Below, one piece after another: positions 18,717 to 28,131 of a stretch of 64,000 nucleotides of DNA (the first letter of the stretch is position 1; every line of letters begins with the position of its first letter). Below the pieces are notes generated by a model. The model was not told the origin of the DNA. It saw only the letters and a list, made by a program, of their open reading frames with translations, and searched no databases. Made by a program: the position numbers and the translations under genes. The stretch comes from a virus, in IMG/VR virus record IMGVR_UViG_3300021375_001810; one strand, 5' to 3'.

Positions 18717-18782
18717 CGCCAAAGACAATTGTCAGGCATGTATGAAGGTTAAGTTGGCCATAAGCAACAGGAGAAAATATAA

Positions 18783-21452
18783 TTGAGTTACGTAGACGCA
18801 CTATTTGATCGCGACTCTGACATTATCAGAGTTGTCGAACGCAAAGATGGAAAAAGACATTTCCATGAATATCAAGCAAAATATACATTTTACTATAAAG
18901 ACCCTCGCGGTAAGTATAAGAGCGTTTATGGCGATCCTTTAAGTCGTATTGTTTGTAAGAATACAAAAGACTTTCGAAAAGAAGTAGCAATTAATCGAGA
19001 CAAACAACTTTTTGAAAGCGACATCAATCCTATTTTCCAATGTTTAAGCGAAAACTATCTTAACCAAGATGCTCCTAAACTAAACATTGCTTTCTTTGAT
19101 ATTGAGACAGACTTTGATCCAGAGCGTGGATTTGCCGATCCTGCTGATCCATTTATGCCTATTACTTCTATATCTGTATACTTACAGTGGTTAGAAACAA
19201 TGGTGTGTTTAGCAGTTCCGCCTAAGACACTTACAATGGAACAAGCTGAAAAAGAACTAGAAGGTATTGATAATGTAATGCTGTTTGAACAAGAAAGTGA
19301 AATGATTGATACTTTCTTAACACTAATTGAAGATGCTGATATTTTGTCAGGTTGGAACAGTGAAGGTTATGATATTCCGTATACTGTAAACAGAACTAGT
19401 CGTGTACTAAGCAAAGACGACACTAGACGTTTTTGTCTGTGGGGCCAGTTACCTAAAAAACGTGAATATGAAAAGTATGGCAAATCAGCTGTAACCTTTG
19501 ACCTAATAGGTAGAGTGCATTTAGATAGTTTAGAATTATATCGTAAATACACATATGAAGAACGACACACATATAGACTTGATGCCATTGGCGAAATCGA
19601 AGTTGGTGAAAACAAAGTCCCTTATGAAGGCACTTTGGACCAGTTGTACAACAATGACTTTAGAAAGTTCATCGAATACAACATACAAGATACCGCACTA
19701 CTGGACAAGTTGGACAAAAAACTAAGATTTATTGATCTTAGTAACGAACTTGCACACGCAAATACTGTTTTGCTACAGACCACAATGGGTGCTGTTGCTG
19801 TTACAGAACAAGCGATTGTAAACGAAGCACATCACAGAGGACTACAAGTTCCTAACAGACCTAAGCGAGATGACGAAAACACACAAGCCGCTGGTGCATA
19901 TGTAGCATTTCCGAAAAAAGGATTGCATAAATGGATTGCATCAATGGATTTGAATTCACTGTATCCGTCAGTAATTCGTGCATTGAATATGGCACCCGAA
20001 ACTATTATTGGACAAATACGTCCTGAGATGTCAGATGCTCGTGTACAAGAAGATATGGGCTTAAAGAAAAAGTCGTTTGCAGGAAGTTGGGAAGGACGTT
20101 TTAGTACAGAAGAATATGAAGCAGTCATGGAACAGAAACGTGACGTTGCTCTTACTGTTGACTTTGAAAACGGACAGACTGAAGTGTTTAGTGGTGCTGA
20201 ACTGTACAAGATTATTTTTGACAATAACAATCCATGGATGCTTAGTGCTAATGGTACAATCTTTACAACAGAGTTTGAAGGTGTTATTCCGGGTATTCTT
20301 GCAAGATGGTATAGTGAACGTAAAGACTTACAAGCACAACTTAAGAAAGCAAAAGATGCCGGTAATGCTGTTGAAACAGAATATTGGGATAAGCGACAGT
20401 TAGTTAAAAAGATTAACTTAAACAGTTTGTATGGTGCTATTCTTAATCCTGGTTGTAGGTTCTTTGATAAACGTATTGGTCAATCAACAACACTAACAGG
20501 TCGTACTATTGTTAAACACATGAGTGCAGAAGTTAACAAAGTTATTACAGGCACATATGACCATGTTGGTGAAGCAATGATATATGGTGATACTGACTCT
20601 TGTTACTTTAGTGCTTATCCAATCTTAAAAAATGACATTGACGCAGGAAAGATTCCTTGGGATAAAGATAATGTAATTACCCTTATGGATCAGGTGTGCG
20701 AAAAAGCAAATACAACGTTTGGCGACTTTATGATGAAAGCATTTCATTGTCCAAAGAGCCGTTCAGATGTTATTGCTGCAGGACGTGAAATTATTGCACA
20801 GTCTGGGTTATATATTACTAAGAAGCGTTATGCGGCATTAGTTATTGACAACGAAGGCTTTAGAACAGATATTGACGGTAAAGCAGGTAAGGTTAAAGCA
20901 ATGGGCTTAGACTTACGTAGATCAGATACACCTGTGTTTATGCAAGAGTTCTTAAGTGAGATATTACTTATGGTACTAACAGACGTACCGCAAGATGAAA
21001 TACTTGAACGTATTACTGTATTTAGAAAAGAATTCAGTGAACGTCCTGGTTGGGAAAAAGGTAGTCCGAAACGTGCAAACAAAGTAGGTCACTATAAGCG
21101 ATTAGAAGAAAAGCAAGGTAAGGCAAATATGCCAGGCCATGTACGGGCAAGCATTAACTGGAATACGCTGAAGCGTATGAACGGAGACAAATACTCACAA
21201 GAGATTGTTGACGGTATGAAAGTTATTGTTTGTAAACTAAAACAAAACCCTTTAGGATATACAAGTGTTGCTTATCCAACTGATGAGCTAAGACTTCCTG
21301 AATGGTTTAAGGACCTGCCATTTGACGATGCGGCAATGGCAGAAACTATTATTGATAATAAGTTAGACAACTTAATTGGTGTGTTAGATTATCCTTTAGA
21401 AGATACTAAACGTAATAATACATTCAATAGTTTGTTTGACTTCGGAGAATAA
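18783..21452 (+). CDS. Family B DNA polymerase (T4 gp43-like)
   Basis: Exonuclease FDIETD and GWNSEGYD; polymerase DLNSLYPS, KINLNSLYG, YGDTDS and KKRY. Confidence 0.97.
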   Translation: MSYVDALFDRDSDIIRVVERKDGKRHFHEYQAKYTFYYKDPRGKYKSVYGDPLSRIVCKNTKDFRKEVAINRDKQLFESDINPIFQCLSENYLNQDAPKLNIAFFDIETDFDPERGFADPADPFMPITSISVYLQWLETMVCLAVPPKTLTMEQAEKELEGIDNVMLFEQESEMIDTFLTLIEDADILSGWNSEGYDIPYTVNRTSRVLSKDDTRRFCLWGQLPKKREYEKYGKSAVTFDLIGRVHLDSLELYRKYTYEERHTYRLDAIGEIEVGENKVPYEGTLDQLYNNDFRKFIEYNIQDTALLDKLDKKLRFIDLSNELAHANTVLLQTTMGAVAVTEQAIVNEAHHRGLQVPNRPKRDDENTQAAGAYVAFPKKGLHKWIASMDLNSLYPSVIRALNMAPETIIGQIRPEMSDARVQEDMGLKKKSFAGSWEGRFSTEEYEAVMEQKRDVALTVDFENGQTEVFSGAELYKIIFDNNNPWMLSANGTIFTTEFEGVIPGILARWYSERKDLQAQLKKAKDAGNAVETEYWDKRQLVKKINLNSLYGAILNPGCRFFDKRIGQSTTLTGRTIVKHMSAEVNKVITGTYDHVGEAMIYGDTDSCYFSAYPILKNDIDAGKIPWDKDNVITLMDQVCEKANTTFGDFMMKAFHCPKSRSDVIAAGREIIAQSGLYITKKRYAALVIDNEGFRTDIDGKAGKVKAMGLDLRRSDTPVFMQEFLSEILLMVLTDVPQDEILERITVFRKEFSERPGWEKGSPKRANKVGHYKRLEEKQGKANMPGHVRASINWNTLKRMNGDKYSQEIVDGMKVIVCKLKQNPLGYTSVAYPTDELRLPEWFKDLPFDDAAMAETIIDNKLDNLIGVLDYPLEDTKRNNTFNSLFDFGE

Positions 21453-21453
21453 A

Positions 21454-21564
21454 ATGAAAGTTAATATACAATTGGAAATAGATACTGACAATAGTCAAGA
21501 CCTAAATACCATTGAAGAATTAATTGCAATGCTAAGACAATTAGCAGAAAATTACGAGGATTAG
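21454..21564 (+). CDS. 36-aa hypothetical protein (not in the ORF track)
   Basis: MKVNIQLEIDTDNSQDLNTIEELIAMLRQLAENYED with SD GGAG; fills the gap exactly. Confidence 0.55.
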   Translation: MKVNIQLEIDTDNSQDLNTIEELIAMLRQLAENYED

Positions 21565-21566
21565 TT

Positions 21567-21761
21567 ATGGAATGGGTATTAGTATACATCACTCTTACAT
21601 TTCACGGTCATCCAATAGCTGAAGAACAGGGTCGTTTTGACTCAATGGTTGAGTGCTTTAAGGCTAGAGAATACTTATCTTTAGAACTAGGTAGTACTGA
21701 TGGATATTATCCTGTAGGCTCACAGGCTGTGTGTGTAACAAACTTAAAGGAAATGCACTAA
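21567..21761 (+). CDS. Small hypothetical protein
   Basis: 64 aa, SD GAGG, two Cys. Confidence 0.65.
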   Translation: MEWVLVYITLTFHGHPIAEEQGRFDSMVECFKAREYLSLELGSTDGYYPVGSQAVCVTNLKEMH

Positions 21762-22177
21762 TGGATAGAGTAGGATTCACATGTAGTACATTTGATTTAT
21801 TACATGCAGGTCATGTACAAATGTTACGTGAAGCAAAAGAACAATGTGATTATCTAATTGTTGGATTGCAAGTTGATCCAAGTATGGACAGACCTGAAAA
21901 GAACTGTCCTATACAAACTATTGTTGAACGATATACTCAATTAAAAGCAGTAGGATATGTAGACGAAATCATTCCTTACGGAACTGAACAAGACCTAGAA
22001 GATATTTTAAGTATGTATACCATACATGTACGTATCCTAGGCGAAGAATATAGAGATAAAGAGTTTACCGGCAGAGATATCTGCAGAAAACGTGATATTG
22101 AAATATTCTTTAACAAACGAGATCATAGGTTTAGTTCGAGCGACCTACGAAAACGTGTTTCTGACAGACAGAAATAA
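21761..22177 (+). CDS. Glycerol-3-phosphate cytidylyltransferase-like (TagD family)
   Basis: FTCSTFDLLHAGH, YLIVGL, ER...VDEIIPY and RDHRFSSSDLR; ATG at 21761. Confidence 0.85.
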   Translation: MDRVGFTCSTFDLLHAGHVQMLREAKEQCDYLIVGLQVDPSMDRPEKNCPIQTIVERYTQLKAVGYVDEIIPYGTEQDLEDILSMYTIHVRILGEEYRDKEFTGRDICRKRDIEIFFNKRDHRFSSSDLRKRVSDRQK

Positions 22178-22186
22178 AATTAATGC

Positions 22187-22215
22187 TTGACAAAAACCTA
22201 AATATACTTTATAAT
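22187..22215 (+). promoter_or_regulatory. Composite promoter: sigma70 with a late box (CCTAAATA) in the spacer
   Basis: TTGACA-AAAACCTAAATATACTT-TATAAT. Confidence 0.85.
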
Positions 22216-22239
22216 AGAACTTAACATAGGAGAATATAA

Positions 22240-22968
22240 ATGAAAGATATATTACAAGACGTAGTCGCACACACACATGCACTAGGTTTTCTATCACTGG
22301 TTAAAGTTAACGCTGAAACAGAAACGGCTATTGATGCAATGGCAGAAGACAGATCAGTTATTTTAACAGCAACTACACATAACCCTGTATCAGAGTTTAT
22401 TGGAACGTTTGGTATGCCTAACTTAGACAAACTAAGTTTGCATTTAAAGAATCCAGAATACAAAGATAACGCAAAACTTGAAGTAGTTCAAGCAGACCGC
22501 AATGGCGAAACTATCCCAACACACATCCACTTTGAAAATGCAACAGGTGACTTTGAAAATGATTATCGCTTTATGAACAAAGCAATCATTGAAGAAAAAC
22601 TAAAGACTGTTAAGTTTAAAGGTGCATCATGGGACGTAACATTTGAACCAAGCATGGCAAGTATTGCACGTATGAAGTTACAAAGTGCTGCACACGCCGA
22701 AGAGCCTACATTTAATGTAACAACTACTGATGGTAATCTTGTGTTTAGTTTTGGTGATGCAAGTACACACGCAGGTAGTTTTATCTTCCAACATGCTGTT
22801 GAAGGTGAATTAAGTCATACTTGGAGTTGGCCTGTAGCACAAGTACAGTCTATCTTAAACTTAGATGGTAATATTACAATGAGTATTTCCAATCAAGGTG
22901 CTATGATGATTACTGTAGACAGTGGCTTAGCAAAATACGATTACATTTTGCCAGCACAGAGTAAGTAG
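22240..22968 (+). CDS. Putative sliding clamp (gp45/PCNA-like)
   Basis: 242 aa, apparent two-domain alpha/beta pattern, PCNA-like end (KYDYILPAQ), close to polB. Fold is inferred, not verified. Confidence 0.5.
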   Translation: MKDILQDVVAHTHALGFLSLVKVNAETETAIDAMAEDRSVILTATTHNPVSEFIGTFGMPNLDKLSLHLKNPEYKDNAKLEVVQADRNGETIPTHIHFENATGDFENDYRFMNKAIIEEKLKTVKFKGASWDVTFEPSMASIARMKLQSAAHAEEPTFNVTTTDGNLVFSFGDASTHAGSFIFQHAVEGELSHTWSWPVAQVQSILNLDGNITMSISNQGAMMITVDSGLAKYDYILPAQSK

Positions 22969-22971
22969 AAT

Positions 22972-24537
22972 ATGCGTAAAGACTTAACAGCAGAACAAAA
23001 TGACTATGCACATTTTCTTCCAGCATTAAGTGGTTTTTATGCAACGTATGTAGGCAAGCAGAGATTTCTAGATCCTGTAAAAGGTCCATATATTGAAGAT
23101 GCTCGTATACCTGCTAATTGGAATAATGGTGTAGAAAGTCTAAACTATCTTAATAAAAAAGAAGGTGCGTTTACATACAAGTGGACACTATATTCAGCAG
23201 GTCATGCTGACTTAGATACAAATAAAATCGTCCCAAAAGAAGATATGGTGCGTAATAGAGACAGAGCAAACACATGGATACTTGGAGACTCAGGTGGTTT
23301 CCAAATTGGTAAAGGTGTTTGGGAAGGAGACTGGAAAGATCCTAACTGTCCAAAGGCACAAAAGAAACGTGACGGTGTTTTACGTTGGATGGATGCATAT
23401 ATGGACTATGGTATGGTCCTTGATATTCCAGCCTGGGTAGCACGTTCACCCGAAGGTGCAAAAGCCACTGGCATTAGTACATATGATGAGGCTGTAAAAG
23501 CAACACGTATAAACAATGACTATTGGATGAAGCATAGAACAGGTGCTTGTAAATTCTTAAATGTATTACAAGGCGAGAATCATGCTGATGCAGAAGATTG
23601 GTATCAGCAAATGAAAGACTATTGTGATCCTAACATATATCCAGACAAACATTTTAATGGCTGGGCAATGGGTGGTCAGAATATGTGTGATGTACATTTG
23701 GTTCTTAAACGTCTAGTTGCATTGAGATTCGACGGACTACTGGAACAAGGCGTACATGATGTAATGCACTTCTTAGGTACAAGTAAACTAGAATGGGCTA
23801 CATTACTAACAGACATACAAAGAGCTGTTCGTAAGTATCATAACCCAAACTTTATGGTTACATTTGATTGTGCTAGTCCTTTCCTTGCTACAGCAAACGG
23901 GCAAGTATACATTCAAAACGAAACACCTGATAGAGGTAAGTGGACTTATCGAATGGTGCCTAGTATAGATGATAAAAAATATGCAACTGATACTAGAACA
24001 TTCCGCGATGCTGTATTACAAGACGGTATCTTTAAAAACTTTGAAGATAGTCCAGTAACTGACGGTATGCTTGTAAATGATGTATGTTACTATAAGCCCG
24101 GTGATCTAAACAAAATAGGTAAAGAAGGTAAAACATCTTGGGATTCATTTAGTTATGCAATACAAATGGGTCACAATGTATGGAGTCATATCAATGCTGT
24201 ACAAGAAGCAAACAGACAGTATGATGCAGGTATAACTCCTAAGATGTTAGTAGACGAACGTTTTGATAGAGTTTACTTTAAAGACATAGTCGAAGCAATC
24301 TTTATGACAGATGATAGAGATGAAGCAAATGCAATTATCGAAGAGTTCAGTAAATTTTGGATGAGCATACCTGGTACTAGAGGTGCTATTGGTAAAAAGA
24401 CTGTAAATTCTAGTACATATTTTAACGCATTGTTTGATGTAGAAGAATCGTCACAACAAGAAGAATTAGAAGCTGGCGAATATACTGAAGAACAAGAAAG
24501 TAAGTTAGGAGAACTTGAGGATGAGCAATTACAGTGA
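22972..24537 (+). CDS. TGT-fold guanine transglycosylase, DpdA-like (7-deazaguanine insertion)
   Basis: TGT motifs GDSGGFQ, MVLDIP, VLQG, GWAMGG, HFLG, TFDCASP and GHN; clustered with folE and queE. Confidence 0.85.
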   Translation: MRKDLTAEQNDYAHFLPALSGFYATYVGKQRFLDPVKGPYIEDARIPANWNNGVESLNYLNKKEGAFTYKWTLYSAGHADLDTNKIVPKEDMVRNRDRANTWILGDSGGFQIGKGVWEGDWKDPNCPKAQKKRDGVLRWMDAYMDYGMVLDIPAWVARSPEGAKATGISTYDEAVKATRINNDYWMKHRTGACKFLNVLQGENHADAEDWYQQMKDYCDPNIYPDKHFNGWAMGGQNMCDVHLVLKRLVALRFDGLLEQGVHDVMHFLGTSKLEWATLLTDIQRAVRKYHNPNFMVTFDCASPFLATANGQVYIQNETPDRGKWTYRMVPSIDDKKYATDTRTFRDAVLQDGIFKNFEDSPVTDGMLVNDVCYYKPGDLNKIGKEGKTSWDSFSYAIQMGHNVWSHINAVQEANRQYDAGITPKMLVDERFDRVYFKDIVEAIFMTDDRDEANAIIEEFSKFWMSIPGTRGAIGKKTVNSSTYFNALFDVEESSQQEELEAGEYTEEQESKLGELEDEQLQ

Positions 24538-24721
24538 CGAACACGAAAAAATAGCGAATCAATTAGATATTTTATATAAGCGTCATAGAGAACTTGACGA
24601 TAACATAATTAATCGTTATAATAAGTTTGCAACCGACACTGAAATTAATATGTTAAAGACCAAAAAGTTATGGTTCAAAGACGAAATATATAGATTAGAA
24701 AAGAGGCTGAAAGAGACATGA
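24521..24721 (+). CDS. YdcH/DUF465-like coiled-coil protein
   Basis: HRELDDNI...LKTKKLWFKDEI pattern. Confidence 0.65.
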   Translation: MSNYSDEHEKIANQLDILYKRHRELDDNIINRYNKFATDTEINMLKTKKLWFKDEIYRLEKRLKET

Positions 24722-25239
24722 AACGAGATTATGATGAAGGCGTTTTAGAAACACCTGTTTTATTTGTAGGTGTAGAAGTTGAAAAGACCCCGGCATTTGG
24801 TATGCAAACACTGTTTGTAGACGGCATCCAAGACATCGAAACTATACTTGAATACTATAACAAGTTAGAGTGTAAGCACATATTCTTTGGTGCAAATCAT
24901 TCATATAGTCCAAAAACAGCAGACGAGTTCGAACAGTGGGACAAATACATTTTAGAATTTGTAAAAGAAGGCTACTTATGTAGTTTAGATATTCCAAGTA
25001 CTATTAACTTAGAATGGTTCTTAGAAGGCGGATTAGTAGAGTATGATAACTTTATTCCGCAAATACGTGTTGTAGTACCTTATGTGAAACAGTGGAACTA
25101 TAATACTATGGTTAAGATTGACGACAAAGACTTTAAAGCAAGTAACCCAGGTGTTTGGTGTCATAGTCTACATGACTTAATGGATAGAGAAAAATTTACC
25201 GATTGGGGCAAATATGGCCTTGACAAAGTTATTAAATGA
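24718..25239 (+). CDS. Hypothetical protein in the deazaguanine operon
   Basis: 173 aa; FVGVEVEKTP..G..TLFV and HIFFGANHS. Confidence 0.8.
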   Translation: MKRDYDEGVLETPVLFVGVEVEKTPAFGMQTLFVDGIQDIETILEYYNKLECKHIFFGANHSYSPKTADEFEQWDKYILEFVKEGYLCSLDIPSTINLEWFLEGGLVEYDNFIPQIRVVVPYVKQWNYNTMVKIDDKDFKASNPGVWCHSLHDLMDREKFTDWGKYGLDKVIK

Positions 25240-25248
25240 AAGTATAAT
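25220..25248 (+). promoter_or_regulatory. Sigma70-type promoter
   Basis: TTGACA-N17-TATAAT. Confidence 0.8.
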
Positions 25249-25255
25249 ATAAACA

Positions 25256-25723
25256 ATGCAAGAACGTTATTACGACTACATGGTACGTAGAATGAGAGAG
25301 GAAGATAATAAAATGGCTGAAGAAAAAGCAATAAATAATGCACAAAAGAGTATATGGGTAACCTTTAGAAAAGAAGGTATTCATAAATATCCGGCGGCAC
25401 TAGATGACCCAAAACTTGCAACAGGCGATGACATGGACGTTTCGTTCCTTGGTTATCCTCATCGTCATATTTTCCACTTCAGGGTGCGTATCGAAGTGTT
25501 CCATGACGATAGAGACATCGAATTCATCCAGTTCAAAAGATGGCTCGAAAAGCTCTATAATGATTCCGACGGTGCGGTGCTCGTACTAGATTACAAATCG
25601 TGTGAAATGATCGCAGACGATCTATATTCACAAATTTCAGCAAAGTATCCCGGCCGCTTTGTTGAGATTGATGTCTCCGAAGATGGAGAGAATGGCTGTC
25701 AAATCTTTTACCCAAAACCCTAA
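25256..25723 (+). CDS. QueD-like T-fold protein, DpdL-like (putative 7-carboxy-7-deazaguanine decarboxylase)
   Basis: EGIH...LGYPHRHIF (LxxxHRHxF where QueD has CxxxHGH), SCE, VSED; alternative start at 25313. Confidence 0.7.
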   Translation: MQERYYDYMVRRMREEDNKMAEEKAINNAQKSIWVTFRKEGIHKYPAALDDPKLATGDDMDVSFLGYPHRHIFHFRVRIEVFHDDRDIEFIQFKRWLEKLYNDSDGAVLVLDYKSCEMIADDLYSQISAKYPGRFVEIDVSEDGENGCQIFYPKP

Positions 25724-25749
25724 ATGCTATTATCAAAAGGAAAACTACA

Positions 25750-25959
25750 ATGGCAAAGAACTTTCCGAAAGTTATGGATATCTATGACGATCTTGACAAG
25801 TTTCGCGACTACTGTCGCTTTGAAGGTAAAGTCTTTAATGAAAAAGACTTATACAAAGAAGGTGCACCTGTATGGGAAGCATATAAAAAATACCAAGGCT
25901 GGCTTCGTGCAAAAGCTCGCAATGCAGGACGTAACAATATAAACAACCGGAGGAACTAA
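25750..25959 (+). CDS. Small hypothetical protein
   Basis: 69 aa, SD AAGGA, coupled to the next gene. Confidence 0.7.
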   Translation: MAKNFPKVMDIYDDLDKFRDYCRFEGKVFNEKDLYKEGAPVWEAYKKYQGWLRAKARNAGRNNINNRRN

Positions 25960-27023
25960 TGACTATCTATATCGTAGACATTGAAGCAGTTGATACACGC
26001 TATACTAAACAATGGAAAGAACATCTTCCAAAGCAACTGCAACGAGCTACGAATGAAAAAGTAGAAGTTGTTAGTGGTGGAGATACTCCTCAGGCTACAA
26101 CACCCGGGGCGTTTCTTAACTTCGGCGGTACAAATGTTTATAAAAGCAAACAGTTAGAAAAAATAGGGGAAATGTTTTGTAACGGAACTATTAATGATGG
26201 TGATTATTTCCTATACACTGATGCTTGGAATCCTACTGTTATACAACTTCGTTACATGGCAGAACTATTAGGCGTTGATATTTGTGTTGGCGGCTTGTGG
26301 CATGCTGGCAGTTATGATCCACAAGATTTTCTAGGCAGACTTATAGGAGATAAACCTTGGGTCAGACATGCAGAATATTCAATGTTTGAATGTTACGATG
26401 ACAATTTTTTTGCAAGTGAATTTCATTGGGATATGTTTGCAGAAACGTTTGCACTCGAAATGGGTGTAGTTGATCAAACTAAAATGAAACGTGTAGGATG
26501 GCCTATGGAATATCTAAAGAACAGTTTAGATAGTTACAAAGGTATGGAGAAGAAAGATTTAATCTTATTCCCGCATCGAGTTGCTCCTGAAAAACAAGTT
26601 GATATTTTTAGAGACTTAAAAGAACGTTTACCTCAATATGAATTTGTAGTATGTCAAGAACAACAACTTACAAAAAATGAATATCACAATTTACTAGGCG
26701 AAGCTAAAATTGTGTTTAGTGCTAACCTACAAGAAACATTAGGTATTAGTTGGTATGAAGGAGCATTAGTTAATGCTATACCTATGGTGCCAGATAGACT
26801 AAGTTACAGTGAAATGGCACTGCCTGAATTTAAATACGACAGCAAATGGACTGAAGACTTTGATGCATACTTACATCACAAAGACAAAGTCGTTGCCCAA
26901 ATAGTTGAATACATAGAAAACTATGAGTCTTTCCTTCCAAGTATTGCAAAACAAGTATCTAAACTTAATAAAGAATTCTTTAGCGGTAAAGACTTGTATA
27001 CGGTGATTAGTAATGAACGATGA
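25959..27023 (+). CDS. GT-B fold glycosyltransferase
   Basis: FPHRVAPEKQ, LLGEAKIVFSANLQETLGISWYEG and PDRLSYSE, typical of a GT-B C-terminal domain. Confidence 0.8.
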   Translation: MTIYIVDIEAVDTRYTKQWKEHLPKQLQRATNEKVEVVSGGDTPQATTPGAFLNFGGTNVYKSKQLEKIGEMFCNGTINDGDYFLYTDAWNPTVIQLRYMAELLGVDICVGGLWHAGSYDPQDFLGRLIGDKPWVRHAEYSMFECYDDNFFASEFHWDMFAETFALEMGVVDQTKMKRVGWPMEYLKNSLDSYKGMEKKDLILFPHRVAPEKQVDIFRDLKERLPQYEFVVCQEQQLTKNEYHNLLGEAKIVFSANLQETLGISWYEGALVNAIPMVPDRLSYSEMALPEFKYDSKWTEDFDAYLHHKDKVVAQIVEYIENYESFLPSIAKQVSKLNKEFFSGKDLYTVISNER

Positions 27024-27393
27024 TACAGAAACATATACAATTGACCTTGGATCAGGTGCAGATACCTTACAAACAATTTATACTAATGACACATTGTATA
27101 CTGATAACAGTATTACTATAAACACTTCTAGTTGGGATGATAGTTTTAGTACTGATCCTTCATCAATTTATACTACTGGCATAAACAATGGTAATGTTAG
27201 TATCGAAGGTGAATTAAAAGTAGGCGGTGTAGACGTTATGCAGTCTATTAAAGATCTACAACGTGTACTAGGTGTTGTAAGTAGAGATATTGAAAAAGAA
27301 GAAAAGTATGCAGGACTAAAACGTGCCGCAGAAGCATACGAACGCGAACTAGCAAAAATTGAAACATTAGAAACTATAAAGGGTTCGACCTAA
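27013..27393 (+). CDS. Hypothetical protein
   Basis: 126 aa, Thr/Asp-rich N-terminus, helical C-terminus. Confidence 0.7.
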   Translation: MNDDTETYTIDLGSGADTLQTIYTNDTLYTDNSITINTSSWDDSFSTDPSSIYTTGINNGNVSIEGELKVGGVDVMQSIKDLQRVLGVVSRDIEKEEKYAGLKRAAEAYERELAKIETLETIKGST

Positions 27394-27857
27394 TGCTAAA
27401 CTTTTTTAAAGGACGTAAACGTGTAATTAAAGACAGAGACAGTAACGAACCATACTTAGTTCGCTACTATCTTTTCTTAAAAGACAGAAAGAACTTTCCG
27501 TTTAATATCACATTACACAAAGTTTTAAAAAGCGATGAAGACGTTCTCCATGATCATCCGTGGAGTTATGCAACATTAATTCTTAAAGGTGGCTATTGGG
27601 AAAATCTTCCTATATATGCTCGTGAAGGACATGTATGCGGTTCCCATAAAGTATGGAGAGGACCAGGACACTTTCGATATCGTAAGTCAGACGACTTACA
27701 CTTTTTAGAATTAGAAAAAGACGCCAATGGAAATGAGATTCCATGTTGGAGTTTATTTTATATGGGTAAGAAAGCCAAGAGTTGGGGATTTTTACCTTGG
27801 ATTAAAAATACCGGTTATCGGTGGATAGATAGTGAGACATACCTCACTAAGGATTAA
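27393..27857 (+). CDS. Cupin-fold protein
   Basis: LHDHPW...ILKGGYWE...H cupin metal motif. Confidence 0.75.
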   Translation: MLNFFKGRKRVIKDRDSNEPYLVRYYLFLKDRKNFPFNITLHKVLKSDEDVLHDHPWSYATLILKGGYWENLPIYAREGHVCGSHKVWRGPGHFRYRKSDDLHFLELEKDANGNEIPCWSLFYMGKKAKSWGFLPWIKNTGYRWIDSETYLTKD

Positions 27858-27858
27858 T

Positions 27859-28131
27859 ATGATGAGTCAATATAATGATGTTGTTGAAAGGCAAAGAGTG
27901 AAATTGGAAGCAGAAGTTTGGGCTAAACAAGTCAAATCTATACATGCACATACTACAAAAAGTATGTGGTATGAAACTAATCCTGAGGATTTTGAACACG
28001 GGCCTGTAACTGATGTTGAATACAATAGTGGTGTTATAGAAAGAACACTTGCAAATGGTGACAAAAGAACAATTGGCAAGAGATTAAGTTCAGATGAACT
28101 AGTTGATGAATATAAAAGGAATTCTGTTTGA
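27859..28131 (+). CDS. Hypothetical protein
   Basis: ORF with SD AAGGA. Confidence 0.65.
   Translation: MMSQYNDVVERQRVKLEAEVWAKQVKSIHAHTTKSMWYETNPEDFEHGPVTDVEYNSGVIERTLANGDKRTIGKRLSSDELVDEYKRNSV

Noticed and set aside
22972-24537. Ordinary tRNA-guanine transglycosylase (tgt) for queuosine
   Set aside because: It lacks the CxCxxC zinc motif, is much longer than bacterial Tgt, has no queA/queF/queG nearby, and sits among DNA replication genes. tRNA activity is disfavoured but not excluded.
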